DNA of 63,770 nucleotides, the filler included, from Pelomyxa schiedti (lineage: Eukaryota; Protista; Evosea): the NCBI GenBank assembly GCA_020536535.1. It is 11 parts of 11 records of this genome, joined end to end, with 100 filler letters (N's around TTAATTAATTAA, not from the genome) between each part and the next. Parts side by side here need not be neighbours in the genome. Positions count along the whole stretch, not along the records: positions 5,728 to 17,144 come from JAHLWZ010001238.1; positions 17,245 to 38,268 come from JAHLWZ010001079.1; 9 more parts are not named here. The stretch is one strand, 5' to 3'. Of this stretch, positions 9,558 to 20,699 are shown in pieces. Made by a program: the position numbers and the translations under genes. Positions within the stretch are counted from its first letter, which is position 1. Every line of letters starts with the position of its first letter. The notes below the pieces were generated by a model. That model saw nothing but the letters and a program-made list of their open reading frames with translations. It ran no database searches and had not been told where the DNA came from.

Positions 9558-10946
9558 ATGGCAGACAACAGCAACAGCAACGCAGCAGGGGACACCGCTC
9601 CTACAGAGATCCCACCGCCGCCGCCACCTCCGCCACCACCACCGCCGGCGCCGGGGGGGGGCTGTTGAGGGGCCCACGGTGTCGCCGCACGACGGGGGGC
9701 GGGGGCACAACAGCAAGATGACGGTGGTGACTCGTGTGGGCGGCAACTTCGAGTCGCCGTTGGTTGCGGCGGCGAGGCGTGCGTGCGAGGTGGCGTTCCT
9801 CGCGGCACAGCATCACAGATGCGGCGCTAATAGGTCCGTGTCTGTTGTGTGTGTGGGGGGGGTTTATGGGATACTCCCCAGCAAACCAAGGGACTAACTT
9901 TTTTTTTTTATTTCTATTTATGGTGTAGTAATGTAAGGACTATTGGACAGGATGGAATGAGGATGATTCTGGAGTGGCTTAGACCAACCACTATAAATTC
10001 TGCGTTTAGGAGAGGTTGGTTCTTTGTGTTTATGGAGGGTGGCACTCTCAATTTTTCTAGTACAAAAGGGAATCAGTGATTTTCTGCTTTGTGAAGTCAC
10101 CCGGGATGAACAACTTATTCTTCACGGGGAAGGAACCGGTTCCTGGGAGGAATTCACTGCGCAATTGCCTGANNNNNNNNNNNNNNNNNNNNNNNNNNNN
10201 NNNNNNNNNNNNNNNNNNNNNNNNNNNNNNNNNNNNNNNNNNNNNNNNNNNNNNNNNNNNNNNNNNNNNNNNTTTTTCTAGTACAAAAGGGAATCAGTGA
10301 TTTTCTGCTTTGTGAAGTCACCCGGGATGAACAACTTATTCTTCACGGGGAAGGAACCGGTTCCTGGGAGGAATTCACTGCGCAATTGCCTGAAAATAAG
10401 TCTCTATTAGCCGTTCTGAAATTCAAAATCCCACAAGGACCCACTGCTTCAGAAACAACCACTTCCGGCACTACACCTTCTACATCCACTCCTCCACCAC
10501 CTCCCCCACCACCGCCACCACCTCCTCCACCGCCACCAACTTCAACACCTCAGTCGAATTTTGAGTCCCATGGGTTATCTTACAAGACGAAGTACCCTCA
10601 GGTACACTCCATTTCTGCCGTAAGAGTCTAATTTTGGACAGTTTGATGAAAATAACCCGCTTGTGCTCTTGTTGTGGTCACCAGATGGCTCACCACTGAG
10701 AGAGCGGATGATTATGTGCAGCTGCCAAGAAAGCTTCATAGTAAAAATACTTGGGCATGCTCCTACAGCACCGCTTCTGAAGGTTCATCCTGTAACCTGT
10801 TTAATACTTGCTTACCAGAATCCTTGCATCAGATACAAGCACACTCCCGCAGCGACTTGATCTTGGAGGAAGTGACAAGTTATTTAATGAACAAGATTTA
10901 TATTATAAAAGAGCCCGAGTGGTCTGTATATGCTGAGCATAGTTAG
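9558..10946 (+). CDS. ADF-H (cofilin/twinfilin-like) protein with N-terminal RCG module and poly-proline tracts; 3' end uncertain
   Basis: Spliced: AARRACEVAFLAAQHHRCGAN|SNVRTIGQDGMRMILEWLRP..INSAFRR|VQKGISDFLLCEV..EGTGSWEEFTAQLPENKSLLAVLKF [T/P-rich insert] ..LVLLLWSPDGSPLRERMIMCSCQESF..IQAHSRSDL. The start at 9558 needs one G fewer in the G9 run at ~9653-9661. Confidence 0.65.
10052..10393. repeat. ~121-bp sequence duplicated on both sides of a 100-N scaffold gap (unmerged overlap)
   Basis: 10052-10172 is identical to 10273-10393. Confidence 0.9.
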
Positions 10947-11654
10947 TGTATGTTCATTTCCTCTTTCTTGGCTCCCTCACTGACAGCATTGCAGAAATAA
11001 AGGAAAAAAACTACAAGAACATGGACAAATTCTTTTTTCAGATTTTTTTTCTATTCCATAAGCGGCCTGGAAGTGTTTTCAGGAGAATCCCATTCCGCGG
11101 CCCAAATCAGGTTTGAAGATTGTGGCTTTTTGATCAGCCTGTGACTTTGCCTCCACGCCCTTAATATTGCCCTGCTCAAGGATTGCATTGATGACCTCAT
11201 CGGTTTCTGTGGTACCAAACTTGTTCCTGTGTGTACATAAGAAAAGTAATTTATTAAGAATACATACATCAACTCAGAACTAGTTGGTGACTGTGGTTGT
11301 GCCTTAGAGCCCCTAGTCACATACACCTTGTATACATCATTACTTCATTTCTCACAGCACCACTTCCTAATAACACACAAACTTACATTGTGCACTTGGA
11401 CTACATCAGTGAGAGGAACGGACTTGTTTTTTCTCCACCTTTGAGGCATCCCTGGCACACAAACAACCCAAAACTTTGTTTTTGCTGGGTAATCAGACAA
11501 GACTACTCTCTGCATTTGTTTTTTCTCAAAGGATTTTTTGTGGTGCCGGAGGAGGTGCTTGTTGTTGGGTTTCTTTTTTATCTTATTATTATGTTTTGTC
11601 CGGTGACTAAAAAAAGAAGTGATGCGCGGGGAAAAAAAGCGCCTTTTTGATTTG

Positions 11655-13290
11655 TCAATGGTTGCGCTTTGTGCAAACAGGGCACTTACAAGTGCCTGTG
11701 CAAATTGGGCACCCTTCTCTGAAGTTGACCCCCTGGTGGTACCTTCTGATGCACAAGGAACAATGCCTGATGAGGGAGGGAATGTTAGTCCCGCCGGTGC
11801 CATCCATGTTTGTGTAATGAAAGTACAGGGGTGGTGGGTACTCACCTGTGGCTTTTGTTCAGTGGGCAGGTGTAGCACTTGGGCTTTTTCATCTTGCACC
11901 TGTGGCAGCTCACCTGTTGGACTGTTTCCAGCTTGTCCAGGCCCATGGACTTCTTTTCNNNNNNNNNNNNNNNNNNNNNNNNNNNNNNNNNNNNNNNNNN
12001 NNNNNNNNNNNNNNNNNNNNNNNNNNNNNNNNNNNNNNNNNNNNNNNNNNNNNNNNNNGGCGGCGCTTTTTTGTCCTTGGATGTAAGTGTGGAGGGAATT
12101 GCCATGACTTGCGATTTCTCGGCATTCATAGCAACGAATTCCTCCTCAGTTATTACCACGAACGTAATGTTTGGTGGTAGGTCACTCAGTCTGGCATCTA
12201 ATACTTTGGTAGCATCTGCTGTGAATGGTTGTATAAGCGATGCCGGAGATGCAGAGATATAAGAAACGTGTGGAAGGAGTGCAGTATCACAAGAGGATTT
12301 GGGGCGGCCCCTGGTCCTGACAGATGGTGTGTGATTCTTTGCTTCCTTTGCTACTAAGCATTCCTGAACCGCAGTGACAACGTCTCTCACTCGGAGTGAC
12401 TGTGTAGCTAAAGAAGTGCAAATCAATCAACAATTCACATCAATTCCAGCAGAGAGAGGGAGGAAAATACCGGAATTTCCATTCAATTCTACCTGGGGCC
12501 CTGTGCCCTCTACACTGTATTGTTCAGTACTTGCGGTGCCCTCCGGGTTCGCCGCTCCATCCTTGACGCCAGTCGCCGGTGATGAATTCACCGTTACAGG
12601 GGAGCTCAAGCCATCCTTCCCTTCAAACAGGGAGGATGATATCACGTGGTCGCGGGCACCCAGCGCCTCCGAGAATTCCACGGTGAATTGCATTCCCCCG
12701 ACTTGCCCGATAGACCTTCTCGAGGCAGAATTGGCGGCGATGTTCCCGCCGCAAGCCGCCGCCTTCGCAGAAGCTTCTTTCGCGGCCGATGAGGAGGGTG
12801 TGGCACCCACAAGTAGATTCCCGCCGGCATTGTTGTTATTATTATCAGTAGCAATCTGCAGCAGGGGCCCGCCGGTGGGACACACCGGCTCGTGCTCGCT
12901 GTGGGAGGTGGCATCGGCGCCCCCGCCGCCGAGGGCGGCTCCTCCTCCCTGCCCGTTCCCGTTCCCGTTCCCGTGAATGGCGGGGCACGTCGCGGTGGTA
13001 GTGGTGGTGGTTGGTGACGGGGACTGAGAGTGCGTGGGGGACAGAGAAGGCGAGGACGACGACCACGAAGACGACGAGGATGAGGACGAGGACGAAGAGG
13101 AAGGACGCCGCACGGAGGCGGGTGCCCCACCAATCGAGGACGACGGCGAGTAGGGAGACACAGCGACGACCACGGCGGGGGGCATCGGCGGGGTGCGATG
13201 CGGGGACCCGCCGCCGCCGCCACCAACCCCCCTCGGGCTGCCGTTGGTAGCGGGGGCGCCCCCGCCATTTGCGTCGGTAGGTGTCGACAT
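11655..13290 (-). CDS. Low-complexity protein with C-terminal zf-4CXXC_R1 (CDCA7/JmjC-associated)-like zinc finger
   Basis: Spliced C-terminus SCHRCKMKKPKCYTCPLNKSHR|HCSLCIRRYHQGVNFREGCPICTGTCKCPVCTKRNH* has four CxxC pairs in zf-4CXXC_R1 order. Introns at ~12409-12437 and ~11769-11845; a scaffold gap lies inside the gene. Confidence 0.6.
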
Positions 13291-13410
13291 GATCACCAAA
13301 CACGAGACGTGCTTCTTACGCACAAAAAAAACGAACGGGTTAAACTTCTTGTGTGGTGAACCTTCTCCGCGGGCCCCTGCACTGAGCACAGAGGAAAGCA
13401 ACCAAGTTAC

Positions 13411-14640
13411 TTATACCAAGTCAGACTGTTTTGGGGACGATCCGTAGATCGTAATGTGATTGTCGTCGGTGCCGTGGATCGAGAAGATGGTGACGCCCGT
13501 GGCAATGTGTGACACATCGACCTGGCGGAGTGACACAGCGGACACCATGATCCCCTGCCTCACGACGGCGTCGCTGTACACGCACACGCTGCCCACGCTC
13601 TCCTCCATGCACCGCGGGCCGAGCGTGAGGTCATAAACAGGCGATGGGCAGCCGTAGGTCACAACCGCGAACCGGCTCTGCTCCAGGGGCAGAATCTCGT
13701 CGCAGTGAGAACCATGTGATGGGACTATGGGGATCATCTGGCCGGTGGTCACGTTCTCGATGCACCTTGCGCGATCGGAACCTGTGCCGCACACGTACAG
13801 ATGGCCCCTCCCGGAGAGCCACATTGAACTGGGGAGAGGAATTTTCACCCCGGTCTGCAGGACTGAGCAGCAGGATCCTGATGAATATGACTTATGCAGG
13901 TCAACAACGGTTACACGGTAGCAAGGCATTGGGCTCAACATGGACCACATATCTCCGGTGCCCTCCAGTACAGCCAGTTTGTTGTCATCAACAAAGCACA
14001 GAGTGACCACTCTCTGCATTTTGATCCTCACGGGTAAGAGGTTCTGTTGGTTGCTCCCAACAAGCAACCTCTCCAGGTTCCGCAGTGTCAACACACCAGA
14101 CCGTTCATCGAACCCCACAATCCATTTGCTGTTGCATTTGACTCTTTCAAAAAGCCTCAATGGGATAGCCTCTCCCTCTTCAGTGTTCCAGTCATCCCTG
14201 TTCCAGTCTCTAATCACCAAGGTCCCATCATTCCTCTCGGCCACAACAGCAAACCGGGGGCCTTCACCCCGACGCCGGTTCGTTTCCGAACCGTCGCGCC
14301 CTACCCAGGCCAGAACTTCACCCCTGAGGAGCAGATCTGGCGCAGACACCAGTCCCAGAGTTGGTGAGATGGTGAAAAAAGCGTTGCGGGGTAGGTGCCG
14401 GTCGTAGTGCGCGAACCAGTCGTAGTACTGCTGCGATATGGTGAGGTTGATGCCGCCTCCCGATTGTGGGACGACCACCCACTCGCGTCCAATGTGTGTC
14501 AGATCCGGAGGCGTCAGGGCCCGGACGTGCGAGCGTGATCCGCACCGTCCCACAATTACTCCGACACCCAGGGCAACAAACTGGCTCCGTGCATCAATGT
14601 GCACCTCGACAGTTGGCGGCGACGAAGGAACGTACATCAT
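13411..14640 (-). CDS. 'DARxQF/RCG-module' family protein (409 aa, intronless)
   Basis: IDARSQFVALGVGVIVGRCGSRSHVRALTPPDLTHIGREWVV, FTISPTLGLV, KCNSKWIV, VSHIATGVTIFSI. Confidence 0.85.
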   Translation of the reverse strand: MMYVPSSPPTVEVHIDARSQFVALGVGVIVGRCGSRSHVRALTPPDLTHIGREWVVVPQSGGGINLTISQQYYDWFAHYDRHLPRNAFFTISPTLGLVSAPDLLLRGEVLAWVGRDGSETNRRRGEGPRFAVVAERNDGTLVIRDWNRDDWNTEEGEAIPLRLFERVKCNSKWIVGFDERSGVLTLRNLERLLVGSNQQNLLPVRIKMQRVVTLCFVDDNKLAVLEGTGDMWSMLSPMPCYRVTVVDLHKSYSSGSCCSVLQTGVKIPLPSSMWLSGRGHLYVCGTGSDRARCIENVTTGQMIPIVPSHGSHCDEILPLEQSRFAVVTYGCPSPVYDLTLGPRCMEESVGSVCVYSDAVVRQGIMVSAVSLRQVDVSHIATGVTIFSIHGTDDNHITIYGSSPKQSDLV

Positions 14641-14641
14641 T

Positions 14642-15907
14642 CTAGAATTTGTTTACCGGAAAAATGCTGGGAGTCTGATGATGGGAGCTACATAAGGAGG
14701 TCAGACTGGTTCGGGGATGTGTCCCAGCAACCTGGAATTCGTACGTGTCGTGGACTGTGAAGATAGTGGCACCGGTGGCAATGTGTGACACCTCAACCCG
14801 GTGAGGCGAGTCAGAATAGGCCATCATTCCCTTCCTCAAAACAGCTTTGCTGTGCACGCAGACGGTGCCCACGCTCTTCTGGTGGGTGGTGCACTGTGTG
14901 CCAAGAGGGAGGTCATACACAGGCGATGGGCGGCCGTAGGTCACAGCTGCAAAGCGGTGTTGTTCCAGGGGCAGAATCTCATCGCAGCATGGTGGAACCA
15001 CGGGGATCCTCTGCCCGGTGGTCACGTTCTCAAGGCATTTATTTTCGTCCAGACATTTCCCGGCCACGTACAGCTGGCCCCTTGAGAACCACAGAGAGTC
15101 AGGCAGCGGTATGGTCACCTCGAACTGTGAAACGGAGCAACAAGAGGCTGATGAATAAGACTCTGACAGGTCAATAACCCTCACTCGGTAAGTCTGGCCC
15201 TGACGCCAAACCGACCACAAATCTCCAGAGCACTCCAGAATTGCAAGTTTGTTTTCATCAACAAAGCACTGAGTGACGACTGTCTGCGTTTGAATTCTCA
15301 CAGGTGACTCAGCCTGTTGCCTCTCAACGATTCTCTCCAAGCTCCACAGTGACCAAGAACTAGCTCCATTCCGAATCACCGCCGCCCACTTTCCGTTGCA
15401 CTTGACTCTCTCAAAGAGATACAATCCGATATCAGCCAGAACAATCCCTTTGGTGCACCACACCTCCCTCTCCCTGTCCCAGTCCCAGTCCATGACCCTC
15501 AGTGTACTATGATGTCTCTCCAAGCGCGCCAACGCAAATCGCCTGTCACTGCCGCAACGGTTCGTGCCCGAACCGTCGCCCCCGATCCAGGTCAGAACTT
15601 GAACAAAGGGAGTCAGATCTGGGACAACCACAAGTCCCAGTGTCGGTGAGATGGTGAAAAACGCGTTGAGTTGCTCGGACAGTTTGGTTCCGAACGAATC
15701 GTCGTGCTGCTGCGACACGGCGAGGGTGACTGCACCTCGCGATTGTGGGACGACCACCCACTCACGTCCAATGTACGTAAGAAGAGGCACAGGGAGATCC
15801 CGGACGTGCGAGAGCGAGCCGCACCGTCCCACAATTACTCCGACGCCCAGGGCAACAAACTGGCCCCGCGCATCAATGTGAACCTCGACCGATGGCCAGC
15901 GGTTCAT
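14642..15907 (-). CDS. 'DARxQF/RCG-module' family protein (421 aa, intronless)
   Basis: IDARGQFVALGVGVIVGRCGSLSHVRDLPVPLLTYIGREWVV, FTISPTLGLV, KCNGKWAAV; close paralogue of 13411..14640. Confidence 0.85.
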   Translation of the reverse strand: MNRWPSVEVHIDARGQFVALGVGVIVGRCGSLSHVRDLPVPLLTYIGREWVVVPQSRGAVTLAVSQQHDDSFGTKLSEQLNAFFTISPTLGLVVVPDLTPFVQVLTWIGGDGSGTNRCGSDRRFALARLERHHSTLRVMDWDWDREREVWCTKGIVLADIGLYLFERVKCNGKWAAVIRNGASSWSLWSLERIVERQQAESPVRIQTQTVVTQCFVDENKLAILECSGDLWSVWRQGQTYRVRVIDLSESYSSASCCSVSQFEVTIPLPDSLWFSRGQLYVAGKCLDENKCLENVTTGQRIPVVPPCCDEILPLEQHRFAAVTYGRPSPVYDLPLGTQCTTHQKSVGTVCVHSKAVLRKGMMAYSDSPHRVEVSHIATGATIFTVHDTYEFQVAGTHPRTSLTSLCSSHHQTPSIFPVNKF

Positions 15908-15962
15908 TTTGGAAGTTGTAGAAGAAATTGAAAGAAAAGTTTTGGTCTAGTGAAAGGGATCC

Positions 15963-17144
15963 TTATGAACCAAATTTGTCCCACATGTGATCCTCAGATG
16001 TTAGTGTGTTTATTGTGAGGATTTCGGTGCCCCTTATTGCATCGCAGACCTTGTACTGATTCATCTCCAGCACTGAAGTGTGTTGGATCATCACCTCGTT
16101 TGTGATTCTTATCCTGGTGCCGGGTGTTCCAAAGAACGTGCACAGGGCATGGCGTGGATCCCGCAGGTCATAGTACGTAGTCTCAGTGCTACTGTCTGTG
16201 ACAGTCTTGATGTAGAAGTAGCAATACCCAACGTAGTCAATCTCGCAGTTCACGTGTGATACCGTGATAATCTTCTCTCCGGTGGTTCCGCATATCATAC
16301 TCGGATCTGCGGAGTCACCTAGGGATCCAAAGAGATAGACCTTATTGTCAAAACACCACATCTTTGAAGGTTTCTGCATGTTGACATTTCGGTCAAAGAT
16401 ACAAGCCGGGGATGCCGTAGCACAGGATGCTATCAAGTCCAAAATATACAGGGTTCCATTGGAGATGTAAGCGAGTGTGTTGTCATCGATAAATTCCAGC
16501 TTATCGGCTCGGGGGATTGTGAGTAGAATATCAGGCCTGGTATTGGACCCCAAAGTATCTACATTCCAAAGTGCTATACCCTGGGAGACTGTAATTACAA
16601 TCCACATTCGATTGCACAGCACCTTGTCATAGCTCGCGATTCTGGTCAGCTCTGTTTCCTTTAAACCTAAAAAGCACCGGGTTGAAAACGCACACCCAAA
16701 CACAAAAAATGTGAAAAAAAAAAAAAAAATTCCAGGAACTGATTATTGTAACTACACGACGCCAAAAGGTGTACAAACAACAAAGACAAAACAAGAGGGG
16801 ACACGCATACCACTATCACCAGTCAAATCACGCACCACCAGTGTGGTCACCCACAGCCCAATGTGACTCTTGTAAACACACACCCTGTGTCCCTCCCCTG
16901 CCCATCCAACAAATTCCCCCCGGAACGCCAATTTTGGCCCGGCCACAACTCCGAGCGTCGGCGATTTGCTTAAAACGACGATTCGGTGAATCAGCGTGCG
17001 GGCCGGCGTGGTGTCCTGGTCGAGGTCGACGGTGACTTGGTGCGATGGGCGCACGACCCAGCGGCGTCCGATTTGTGCCAAACACTCGGGAGGGAGGTGC
17101 CTCGCCGGCGAGGAGGCCCCGCACCGTCCCACAATCGCCCCCGC
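15963..17144 (-). CDS. 'RCG-module' family protein, 5'-truncated, one intron (~16670-16810)
   Basis: Exon 1 (V)GRCGASSPARHLPPECLAQIGRRWVVRP...SKSPTLGVV; GTATGC donor at ~16810; exon 2 LCNRMWIV...YKVCDAIRGTEILTI. Confidence 0.75.
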
Positions 17145-17336
17145 NNNNNNNNNNNNNNNNNNNNNNNNNNNNNNNNNNNNNNNNNNNNTTAATTAATTAA
17201 NNNNNNNNNNNNNNNNNNNNNNNNNNNNNNNNNNNNNNNNNNNNCAGCGGCACAAAGCGTGAGCACTTGCAACCACCCCCATTTATGTAGGAAAACAGAA
17301 CTGTTGTGGCTGTAGCTGAGTAAAAGAACAGTGTGT

Positions 17337-17378
17337 ATCGGCACGTGACTATCGGCACGTGACTATCGGCACGTGACT
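17337..17378. repeat. 3 x 14-bp tandem repeat ATCGGCACGTGACT carrying an E-box (CACGTG/GTCACGTG)
   Basis: Three perfect units at 17337, 17351 and 17365, followed by the palindrome AAAAAAACGTTTTTTT. Confidence 0.9.
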
Positions 17379-17760
17379 ACCGTAAAAAAACGTTTTTTTG
17401 TTGTTAGTTTTTTTTTGTTGTGCGTTCCCAGGTTTTTCAGTTTTTTTAATGCCAAGTTGGTTCCGGCGTAGGGCCGAGTGGTAAGACACACAATCACAGA
17501 AAAACTCCTAAGACTCCGTGGAGAGAGGCATTTGAGATTTTCTTTTTTATGTTTCACTTTCGGACCGTTTTGACGTAGTTTGGTGCGACTTTTTACGTAT
17601 ACTCAATGACACTTATTTTGTCGTAACCATTCCACCGAGTGGCACACTATGAGCTGTGACCAAATGGACTCAGTTGAGTGATCTGTTGTGACTTCCTACC
17701 TTGGCACAACAAATCTGTGAGGAAAAAAACAAACAAATTGGTGACCAATTGTTTCTTGAC

Positions 17761-20699
17761 TCAGGTTTCATGGTTGTGAGTGCTTTTATTCTTCTTCTTG
17801 AGGTGAGTGAGAATCTTGTTCACCTTGGGTGTTATGAGAGGGGCTGGAAGAGCTTGTTCCTCCTGAGTGCAGAAAACAAACTCGTCAATGCGAGTTTGCC
17901 TCATCTGTTGATGAACTGCAAGCTTGAGTTCCACAGGCTTGATCACTTTCTCTATCACGTCATCGGCCCAGCCGATTCTGTCTCGGGCAAACTCCCGCAA
18001 CGCTTTGAAGTTGGGTGTGCCCCATGTGAATCCCTCGTGGGAGTGATCAACAACAGGGTTCAGGTATGCATCGTAAACGGCTTTGCTTGGGAATCCCGGT
18101 GAAAGCTGTAGTTTACCCCGCAATGATTTAAGAGCCTTTGGAGGAGCCGTGGTTGTCACTGCAGCGTTAGACGATGATGCGGTTACCCAATCCCTGAATG
18201 CTTCCAAGTTTGGGAATTCGCTGATGATTGAAAGTGCTTTGACAATCCCGATTCCAGAAACGCCTTCCGTGTAGTCGGAGCCAACCAACAGCGCGAGTTC
18301 TATCATGGAATCACGGTCCAGTCCAAGAGTCTCCTCAATTTTCTTCGAGTTGTACAGCTCCGGGTAATTTGCCGAATCGAAGAGTCGTCGGTACACATTC
18401 TTGACACCAAACAGGAGTGTGTCACTGTCATCAGATATTACTCCATCAACGAGTCCCATGCTGTCCAAAAAAGCGCATTGTGCTTCCGCTTCCATCGGAG
18501 CAAGGAGAAACGGGATGCCAAACAGGTGTAAAAGTTCTTGGCACTCGGCGGTGATTTCAGCATTAAGTGTGGTTTCAGCTGATTTTGGGACAATGTTTGT
18601 TGAGAGCATCCCCGCATTATGACCATCCAATGATAACAAGTGGCTTGAAGAGGTTGAGGTTTTTTTCGGTGGTGCTTCGAGATGTTGTGGAGATGGAAGA
18701 ATTTCGGCTCCGGATTCCAAGAAGTCGGCAGTGAGAATATTCGTACATGCGGCATGTCCTCTTTTCTCGGTGAGATGAGACTCCAGGTCACAAGGAAATT
18801 GCGAACTTGCTGAGAAAGCGGTGATTGTGGTGTCTCTAAACTTGGGAGAGTGTGTGAGTCCCAATCCAAATTCGGTCCTGGCAAGTTTATCTTCCTCCAG
18901 AAGTTCTGGAGGAAGACCAAGAGCATCTGGTTCCGCAACACGGGAAGGATCGTTTGTTGTCGAGGTGGTGGCGGTACATTCAGAGAGGGACAATTGAAGG
19001 GCCAACTGCAGATCGTGGTCATACTCTTCCCCTAACGGAGCGGTCGAGGAGACATCTGTAGGGATTGCTGGTGGTGGAACTGATACGGGAGCCTCCTCCG
19101 TTTCCCACTCGATTTCATCATCTGCAAGGGTCAGGAGAGGGCACCTGGCTTTTACATCACTAGTGGATGTTGAAGTCGGTTTTTGTGCACTGTGGGAAAG
19201 GTTTGTAGCAGCTTCGCACAAGGTGGTAAGTGGATTCTGGAGGGACTCTAACTCGTGGAAAAGTGGATGGCTTTTGGCTTGGGCGGGGTTTATGGAGATA
19301 ATGATGTCACCATAATCAGATACATCATAATTTGTTGTACGAGAGCGCTTTGGAGCACCAGGGTCGGCAATAGAGTGTGCAGGTGGGCGTATGCGTGGCG
19401 TAATTTCGCTCTCTGTTTTGACTTCTCCTTGTATATATCCAGTGTCACACGGACCGTTATTGCCAGTGCTTACATTAGAGATTGCTTTCTTTCCAAGATT
19501 TTGACTTGTGCTTGCTGTTGAAGATGTTTGCGGCCCTAATAAATCCTCTTCCAATGGTGTGTGTTGGAGTAAATATTCGGTCGTGGAATCGGAGTTAATC
19601 CTCTGAAATCCTTCCTCTGTGTGACTCTGAAGGGCTTTTATTCGTGTTGTCAGTGCTGCATCTTGCAGCAAAGAGGCCACTTGCTGTTCACTGAACGATG
19701 ACGAAGAGTCTGGAGAGATGCCCGATTGTTTGTGGGTGTAAAATGCCGCCCTTTGGTGGGCTTGTTGCTTTCTACCCTGCTGAAATTTCAACAGTAGTTC
19801 CAACTGAATTTCTTCAGGAAGCTCTTTTAAGACGTTCTCATCAAACCCCGTAGCAGCAAAGAAGAGTGATTCATCACTGCTCCCTTCTACGGGTTCTTCC
19901 CCATAAGCACTCACATCGAAGTCATCAACGCATATGGGGTCAGAGGCATGTGTCCCAGTCTTGCATGTACCTTTTTCAATGAATATATACATATTCAGGA
20001 AACAGCAGAATACGAACCCCCCTCTGAGCCAGTTGAAGTAGGTGAGGTTGAGCTAGTACAACAACTACCACGTGCAATTGGTGAACCAGATAGCGCAAGT
20101 GGCGATGATGAACTGCATGCTCCACATGCAGATGAGGAAGAACTAGTGGTAGTACAATTTATCGAATCGGTCGCCGCAGTACAAGACGCCGCGGTAGAAT
20201 TAGAGATAGAGCTAGAATTCGAAGTTGACGTAGTAGAATTCGACACAGTGGCATTGTCGACATCGGCAGCAGCGGAAGCAGAAGTAGCGTTATCGACATC
20301 AACAGGGAGGTCCGAGAACGAGCCCCTCGATTTGTGAAGCTTGGCCAACCTCCGGGCTACTTTCTTGATCTCGGCGTCAGGCCTCGAGTCCCGCCTCCTC
20401 CTCCTCGCCTCCAGGGTCTTCATCTTCAGCGCGGGCGTGGCGCCGTCGAACACGATTACGGGACGCACGCCGAACGCGAGCAGCTTGCAGCACCGGCGCA
20501 TGAGCCCCGCGAGGTGCGCCACCCGCGCCGACGACGACCCCGACGCGGTGGAGATGTCGTCGCGGAACGAGGCCGAGCCTTGGAGGAACCCGACAAGCCA
20601 GATGCTGACGTCGACCGCGAGGCGTTGGTTGAAGAGGCTGTCGAGCGAGACGCGCCGGCCGCTGGCCGCCAGCAACTCCCATAATTTGGGTACTCCCAT
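17761..20699 (-). CDS. ERCC5: XPG/RAD2 structure-specific endonuclease (nucleotide excision repair)
   Basis: XPG-N MGVPKLWELL..RLAVDVSIWL..PVIVFDGATPALK; long spacer with UBM/UIM-like motifs (LKELPEEIQLEL, DLQLALQLSLSE); XPG-I PFLLAPMEAEAQCA..SDDSDTLLFG..LLVGSDYTEGVSGIGIVKA. One short intron near 19970-20010. Confidence 0.92.

Noticed and set aside
17337-17378. Short direct repeats as a CRISPR array
   Set aside because: The units are contiguous with no spacers, only 14 bp long, in a eukaryotic context with no cas genes.
17505-17552. CCGTGGAGAG plus a U-rich tract resembling part of U5 snRNA; nearby GGCCGAGTGGTAAG resembling a tRNA A-box
   Set aside because: The invariant U5 loop-1 (GCCTTTTAC) is absent, and there is no B-box or cloverleaf.
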